Below are positions 59,100-64,000 of a stretch of 64,000 nucleotides of DNA, piece after piece (position 1 is the stretch's first letter; every line of letters starts with the position of its first letter). Location of the stretch: positions 4,378 through 68,377 of the forward strand of contig CACLBX010000003.1 of the NCBI GenBank assembly GCA_902605215.1. The letters are read 5' to 3'. Under the pieces are notes generated by a model. It was not told where the DNA came from. It ran no database searches and saw only the letters and a list, made by a program, of their open reading frames with translations. The stretch is from an uncultured Pelagibacteraceae bacterium (lineage in GTDB: Bacteria > Pseudomonadota > Alphaproteobacteria > Pelagibacterales > AG-422-B15). A program made the translations under genes and the position numbers.

Positions 59100-61205
59100 A
59101 TGACTGTTCCATACTTAAGACAAGATTTGAAATTGAGTGAGGGTCCCAAAAAAGAGGATGGCTCTTCATCGTGGCTGCTTTATGACTCTTTAAGAAATAA
59201 ATATTTTTCGATCAATAAAAATGCTTTTGATCTCTTAAACAACTGGTCAAGTGGATCTCAATTAGATGATTTCATTAAAAAAATTAATGAAGTTAACTTA
59301 TTAGTAAGTGAAGAAGAAATAAATGAATTTATCAATTTTCTAGATCAAAATAATTTGACGATCAAAAAGACCAGTGAAGAAGTAAAGTCTTTAGTGGTTC
59401 AAAAAAACAAAACGAACAAACATTGGCTACTTAAACTCATTCATAACTATCTATTTTTCAAAATACCTTTAGTAAGACCTGGGACTTGGCTTCAAACAAG
59501 TTTACCCATTGCCTTGTTCTTGAGCTCATTAACAGTCAGACGCATAATTTATGGTTTTGGAATAATTGGAATATTTCTGACAATAACTAATTATGAGAAA
59601 TTTCTCTCAACCTTTTCATATTTCTACAATATTAATGGTCTGATCTTATTTGGAATTACAATTGTTTTTGTAAAGGCTTTACATGAGTTGGGTCATGCGT
59701 ACGTAGCTACATACTATAAGTGTAAAGTTTCATCAATTGGCTTAGCCATGTTGGTTTTCTTTCCATTCTTATATACGGATACATCCGATGCCTGGAAACT
59801 CACTGATCACAGAAAACGTTTACTAATAAATTTTGCAGGCATGTTAACTGAACTACACCTAGCCTTGATTGCTACATTTGCATGGGCTGTATTTCCTGAG
59901 GGCATCATGAAAAGTGCAGCATTTTTTATTGCAACATCAAGCTGGATCTCATCATTGTTAATAAATATAAGTCCCTTTATGCGGTTTGATGGCTATTATG
60001 TTCTCTCTGATTTTCTTAAAGCTGAAAATTTGCAACTGCGTTCATTTGCTTTAGGTCGATGGCAGATAAGAGAGTGGCTCTTTGGTTTTAAATTTCAGCC
60101 ACCTGAACAGTTGATCGCTAACAGAAGGTGGACTTTTATAATTTATGCATGGGCTACGTGGATTTATCGTTTCTTCATTTTTATTGGTATTGCATTATTG
60201 GTTTATTATTTAACATTTAAAATATTAGGGATTATTTTATTTGTAATAGAAATTGTATGGTTCATTTTATTGCCGATTGCTAGAGAAGTTATTCAATGGT
60301 GGAAGCTTAGAAAGTCGATGAAATTCAATAGATCTTCTATGAGGTCTATCGTCTTGTTCACAGCATTTATGATTGCCATGCTTGTTCCATGGCGTACATC
60401 TCTAAGTTTGCCAGCTGTTATTGAAGAAGGTGTTGTTCTTGATATTTTTGCATCGGAGGACTCAAAGATAAGAAAAGTTAATGTTTTGCATAATCAGTAT
60501 GTAGCTGAGGGAGACTTGCTAGTTGTTATGACTAGTCCTTTGATCTCTAATAAAGTTGAAAAAGCAATAGATCGTGTAAAAATGATACAGCAAAAACTTG
60601 ATCGTAGAGTGGGATCAAAGCTTGATCTTAGTAATCTATTAATACTAGAGAATGAGTTACAAAAAGAGATTGAAATTCTGAATTCATTGAAAGAAGAAAA
60701 TAAAGCTTTATCAATTTATGCACCATCAGATGGCATAATAAAAGATTTGATAAGTCTCAGCGCTAATCAATGGGTAAATAAAAAAGATAAGCTATTTTCA
60801 ATTGTTCAGTCAGAAGAGGTACAAGTGATAGCTTTTGTTAGCGAGACGGATCTTGATAAAATAAAAAAAGTTTCAAGCGGTTATTTTTATGCAAAAAATA
60901 ATGAATTTGCGAAAGTCAAAGTCGAATTAGTATCATCAAATGAAACTTCAACCGAAGAGTTGCCGTATTTAGCTTTGACCTCAACTTATGGAGGCACAAT
61001 TGCATCAAGAGAAATACTTGGAAAGAAAAAAGTTCAGAGACCTGAAAATGCTCTTTATCAACTAAATTTCACTTCTTCAGAGAGTCTAAAAGATTTACAG
61101 TGGCAGACAGCTGGATCTGTTAAAATAGATTCAGAAAATTATAATATTTTTCAAAATATATTTAACGCCACGACTTCAATACTCATTCAGGAAAGTGGGT
61201 TCTAG
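59100..61205 (+). CDS. Tri-domain protein: PqqD/RRE-like N-domain + site-2 protease (peptidase M50) membrane core + HlyD-like periplasmic C-domain
   Basis: HELGH at 59682-59696. NISPFMRFDG (NxxPxxxxDG) at 59964-59993. Several TM helices. C-terminal LDIFASEDSKIRKVNVLHNQYVAEGDLLVV, a coiled coil, then IYAPSDGIIKDL. N-terminal WLLYDSLRNKYFSINKNAFDLLNNW..EEINEFINFLDQNNL. Confidence 0.8.
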   Translation: MTVPYLRQDLKLSEGPKKEDGSSSWLLYDSLRNKYFSINKNAFDLLNNWSSGSQLDDFIKKINEVNLLVSEEEINEFINFLDQNNLTIKKTSEEVKSLVVQKNKTNKHWLLKLIHNYLFFKIPLVRPGTWLQTSLPIALFLSSLTVRRIIYGFGIIGIFLTITNYEKFLSTFSYFYNINGLILFGITIVFVKALHELGHAYVATYYKCKVSSIGLAMLVFFPFLYTDTSDAWKLTDHRKRLLINFAGMLTELHLALIATFAWAVFPEGIMKSAAFFIATSSWISSLLINISPFMRFDGYYVLSDFLKAENLQLRSFALGRWQIREWLFGFKFQPPEQLIANRRWTFIIYAWATWIYRFFIFIGIALLVYYLTFKILGIILFVIEIVWFILLPIAREVIQWWKLRKSMKFNRSSMRSIVLFTAFMIAMLVPWRTSLSLPAVIEEGVVLDIFASEDSKIRKVNVLHNQYVAEGDLLVVMTSPLISNKVEKAIDRVKMIQQKLDRRVGSKLDLSNLLILENELQKEIEILNSLKEENKALSIYAPSDGIIKDLISLSANQWVNKKDKLFSIVQSEEVQVIAFVSETDLDKIKKVSSGYFYAKNNEFAKVKVELVSSNETSTEELPYLALTSTYGGTIASREILGKKKVQRPENALYQLNFTSSESLKDLQWQTAGSVKIDSENYNIFQNIFNATTSILIQESGF

Positions 61206-61211
61206 TATAAT

Positions 61212-63254
61212 CTAATTTTTATATTTTTCTAAGCATAGCAAGAAAGCATTATCCAACGAGCTTTCTTCCAAAGCATTTAATCGTCCACTTTTTCCAGCAT
61301 GACCACCTACTAAATTCATCTTCATTAATATTGGATTATCTGAAGTACTATTTTCTCTGAGTTTTGGGACATATTTGGCTGGTTCGTAATACTGAACTTG
61401 AGAGTCATAAAGACTGGATGTGACTAATACAGCGGGATAATTTGAAGGCTTAATGTTATCGTAGGGCGAATAACTCTTAATATAATTATACTCATCTTCA
61501 TTTGCTGGATTACCCCATTCTTTATATTCAAAAGTAGTTAGGGGAATTGTTTCATCTGACATTGTAGTCACTACATCCACAAAAGGAACTGCTGAAATAA
61601 TACCTGTATATAATTCTGGCTCCATATTAATGATTGCTCCCATTAAAAGACCACCAGCACTTCCACCCATTGCATATACATTTTTAGAATTGCCATACCC
61701 TTGATTGATTAGTGATTTTGTTGCATCAATAAAATCATAAAATGTATTCTTTTTATTAAAGATTTTGCCATCATCGTACCACTGTCGACCCATCTCAGAG
61801 CCACCTCTGATATTGGCGATAGCAAAAACGAAACCCCGATTGAGTAGGGGTAAGATGGACGTTCTAAAAGCTGCATCAATTATAATGCCATAAGACCCAT
61901 AGCCATAAATAAGGATAGGAGCTTGAGATAAGTCAGTTCCTTTTTTATATACTAGTGATACAGGAACTTTTGTATCATCACGGGCAGTAATTTTAAGTCT
62001 TTCCACCTCATATAGATTTTCATCGTAATTGTTTACAGGCTGCTGCCATGCCAGTTTAATCTTACCTGACTCTATATCCTCTTTGAATATTGAACTAGGT
62101 TTCTTTGGACTCGAATACCCATAGTAAAATTCAGTATCAAGGTACTCATTATTGGTTGCTAAATAACAAGAAAAGGCAGGGTCACTAAATTCAATATAAG
62201 TCCTATCGAGTGTTTCTCTGTTAATTTTTACTATCTTGGGCAGACCGTCCTCTCTTATCTCTAAATAAAGATATTGAGGAAAAGTGACAAAATCTTCAAT
62301 TAAAATGGCATCATTATGCTCAACAACAGTTTGCCAACTATTAAAATTATTAATTTGATCTATGGTAAATTTTAAAATTGAGAAATTTTTTTTATTTTCT
62401 GCATTACTGCTGACATAGAAACACTCTGGTGTGTCTTCAATGGAATAAAGATGCTTATCGGAACGTTTGAGTACACAAAACGGTTGACCGAGTTCATCAT
62501 CTAGATCAAGTAACCATGTCTCTGAAGACTCAGTTTTACTAGTATAGATATTTAAATATTTTTTTGTACGTGACTCATAAATATGAAGATGAAACTCTGA
62601 GTCATTTTCTTCATATATTAAAACATCTTCTTCAGGATCAGTTCCGATCTTGTGCTTAAAAACTTTATTTTCTATTAAAGTTACAGAATCTTTTTGAGCA
62701 TAATAAAATGAAGTATTTTTCTTATCCCATACAATACTTCCAGAACTTCTCTCAATACTACTATCTATTATTTTTCCCGTTTCTAGTTCTTTTATTTTTA
62801 TATTATATTCGCGGCGACCTGATAAATCTTCGGCATATGCAATGAAAAGATTATTTGGTGAGGGAGTTATTGAAGTAACATTTATATAATCCAAACCCTC
62901 GGCCAGTGCATTTACATCTATAACTAATTCTTTATTACCATTTTGTTCGCGGTAGTATGTTTTGTATTGTTGATCAGAGTTGATTTCGGAATAATAGAGA
63001 TAGTCTCCGTATTTAATTTTCATTGAAACTTCATTCGGCGGTATGAAGCTGACTAATTCTTCATATATTTCTTTACGGCTATCATTATTATTCGCAAACC
63101 AATCCTCTAAGTATTTATTTTCTTCTTCTAAATAGGAGATTATTTCTTTATTTTTACGAGTATCATCCCTCAACCAATAATAATCATCAATTCGTTCATC
63201 GCCATGTGCAATATGAATTTTAGGAATTTTTTTTGGTCGTGGAGGTCTCATCAT
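61212..63254 (-). CDS. ptrB: Oligopeptidase B / prolyl oligopeptidase family S9A serine protease
   Basis: HGDERIDDYYWLRD N-terminus, beta-propeller region, GGSAGGLLMG (catalytic Ser) and a C-terminal GGHAG. The ORF-track TTG at 63287 is probably not the start; I use ATG 63254. Confidence 0.88.
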   Translation of the reverse strand: MMRPPRPKKIPKIHIAHGDERIDDYYWLRDDTRKNKEIISYLEEENKYLEDWFANNNDSRKEIYEELVSFIPPNEVSMKIKYGDYLYYSEINSDQQYKTYYREQNGNKELVIDVNALAEGLDYINVTSITPSPNNLFIAYAEDLSGRREYNIKIKELETGKIIDSSIERSSGSIVWDKKNTSFYYAQKDSVTLIENKVFKHKIGTDPEEDVLIYEENDSEFHLHIYESRTKKYLNIYTSKTESSETWLLDLDDELGQPFCVLKRSDKHLYSIEDTPECFYVSSNAENKKNFSILKFTIDQINNFNSWQTVVEHNDAILIEDFVTFPQYLYLEIREDGLPKIVKINRETLDRTYIEFSDPAFSCYLATNNEYLDTEFYYGYSSPKKPSSIFKEDIESGKIKLAWQQPVNNYDENLYEVERLKITARDDTKVPVSLVYKKGTDLSQAPILIYGYGSYGIIIDAAFRTSILPLLNRGFVFAIANIRGGSEMGRQWYDDGKIFNKKNTFYDFIDATKSLINQGYGNSKNVYAMGGSAGGLLMGAIINMEPELYTGIISAVPFVDVVTTMSDETIPLTTFEYKEWGNPANEDEYNYIKSYSPYDNIKPSNYPAVLVTSSLYDSQVQYYEPAKYVPKLRENSTSDNPILMKMNLVGGHAGKSGRLNALEESSLDNAFLLCLEKYKN

Positions 63255-63292
63255 TGTCTTATATATTACCGATATTTTTTTCTTCAATCTTG

Positions 63293-63366
63293 TGGTGCCC
63301 CATACCGGTTACGCTCCGGTGGCTGACCATTACCAATGGCCTGCTTTACTATTAAGCGAATGGGGC
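63293..63366 (-). tRNA. tRNA-Thr(GGU)-like gene with non-canonical D and T loops
   Basis: 74-nt minus-strand cloverleaf. Acceptor GCCCCAU/AUGGGGC, D stem GCUU/AAGC, anticodon stem GGCCA/UGGUC with loop UUGGUAA, T stem ACCGG/CCGGU, discriminator A and encoded CCA. 41 of 74 nt are G/C, in AT-rich surroundings. T loop is AGCGUAA rather than UUCRAnn, and the D loop AAUAGUA lacks GG. Confidence 0.6.
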
Positions 63367-63556
63367 CGAGTTTTTACACTTCATATCAATAACTTATAAA
63401 GTAGATTTTGTAAATTTTTTGGAGAATACCATGAGGTCTAATTGCTTTTTAATCGGGGACAATTGTTTTCACAAAATATACTATGGTAGTTGCTATTTGA
63501 TAACTTAAGTGACTATATTTTCATGTATAATAAACAATATTTAAGCGAGAGATAAT

Positions 63557-64000
63557 TTGAAAAAATATTCAGTATTTAGTCTTTTTAAGAATGCTCTTAA
63601 TCATCATAAGGATTGGGATGTGGCATGGAGAGATCCTGAGCCCAAGAAAGAATATGAAGCCGTTATTATTGGTGGAGGTGGCCATGGTTTAGCGACAGCT
63701 TATTATTTGGCAAAATATTACAACCTTAGAAATATCGCTATCCTTGAAAAAGGTTGGATTGGTGGAGGAAACGTTGGAAGAAACACAACAATTTTAAGAT
63801 CAAATTACATGCACGATGCAAATAATTTGTTTTATGAAAAAGGTATGCAGATGTGGAGAGACTTAAGTCAGGAACTGAATTACAACGTCATGTATTCACC
63901 AAGGGGAATCTTAAACCTTGCCCATTCAGACGCTCAGCTAAATGCATACGCTAGGAGAGGTAACTCAATGAAGTTGAATGGTATTGATGCATCTCTATTG
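63557..64000 (+). CDS. soxB: Sarcosine oxidase beta subunit family flavoprotein, N-terminal part (continues beyond window)
   Basis: Not in the ORF track. TTG 63557 opens a frame that runs to base 64000: PEPKKEYEAVIIGGGGHGLATAYYLAK..LEKGWIGGGNVGRNTTILRSNY matches the SoxB FAD-binding N-terminus. Confidence 0.85.
   Translation, partial: MKKYSVFSLFKNALNHHKDWDVAWRDPEPKKEYEAVIIGGGGHGLATAYYLAKYYNLRNIAILEKGWIGGGNVGRNTTILRSNYMHDANNLFYEKGMQMWRDLSQELNYNVMYSPRGILNLAHSDAQLNAYARRGNSMKLNGIDASLL

Noticed and set aside
63255-63287. TTG start at 63287 for the oligopeptidase B gene, and TTG 36497 for the permease
   Set aside because: The extensions add non-conserved residues. They would begin only a few nt from the tRNA-like element, or inside the 12-bp hairpin. 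Internal ATGs at 63254 and 36461 match the family N-termini.
63293-63375. Reading the GC-rich element as a plus-strand terminator or structured RNA (stem GCCCCAU/AUGGGGC followed by UUUUU)
   Set aside because: On the plus strand the anticodon-arm equivalent has an A-C mismatch where the minus strand has a G-U pair. The minus strand also gives a full cloverleaf ending in ACCA, and no plus-strand gene ends upstream of it.
63431-63499. 22-codon sORF, or a possible leader/riboswitch, upstream of soxB
   Set aside because: I could find no conserved riboswitch core (glycine, SAM, etc.) and no convincing structure. The sORF has no supporting signal.
1-64000. CRISPR arrays, IS elements, integrases, phage genes, toxin-antitoxin pairs
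   Set aside because: No direct-repeat/spacer arrays were found. No ORF has transposase (DDE), tyrosine or serine recombinase, or phage structural signatures. The adhesin locus therefore shows no direct evidence of mobility.

Overview
The window is AT-rich and very tightly packed. Many neighbouring genes overlap by 1-14 nt, and only about eight intergenic gaps exceed 100 nt. I infer a streamlined marine alphaproteobacterium (SAR11/Pelagibacterales-like) from the class I LysRS, the TIGR02186/TauE pair, the sarcosine oxidase and the compact layout. I call 56 CDS, one tRNA-like gene, one repeat array and one intercistronic hairpin. I saw no rRNA, CRISPR array, transposase or integrase. Bases 1-34 kb hold housekeeping genes (argF 3-prime end, trkH, folE, class I lysK, pyrD), a beta-oxidation set for unsaturated fatty acids, a GH1/galactokinase/GPH-symporter cassette, a sulfatase/MBL/DJ-1 group and a GST/DsbA-like group. 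Bases 34-47 kb hold a PotABCD-type ABC importer, an aldehyde dehydrogenase, a glutamine-synthetase-like ligase, a cupin hydroxylase and a three-gene operon of unknown function, which includes an M19 'dipeptidase' homologue that appears to have lost three metal ligands. The most interesting region is 46.9-61.2 kb. It encodes a TolC-type outer-membrane lipoprotein with an Ig-like/acidic/SPOR-like C-terminal extension. Divergent from it is a 2374-aa DUF4347/VCBS-repeat adhesin with no Sec signal and no RTX block. Three HlyD-type adaptors follow, and the last is fused to a PqqD/RRE-like domain and a site-2 (M50) metalloprotease. No ABC, RND or MFS motor lies in this locus, so I propose an uncharacterised protease-coupled envelope export or processing system. 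A tRNA-Thr(GGU)-like gene with non-canonical D and T loops sits at 63.3 kb. All family assignments come from by-eye motif recognition and need HMM or structure confirmation.
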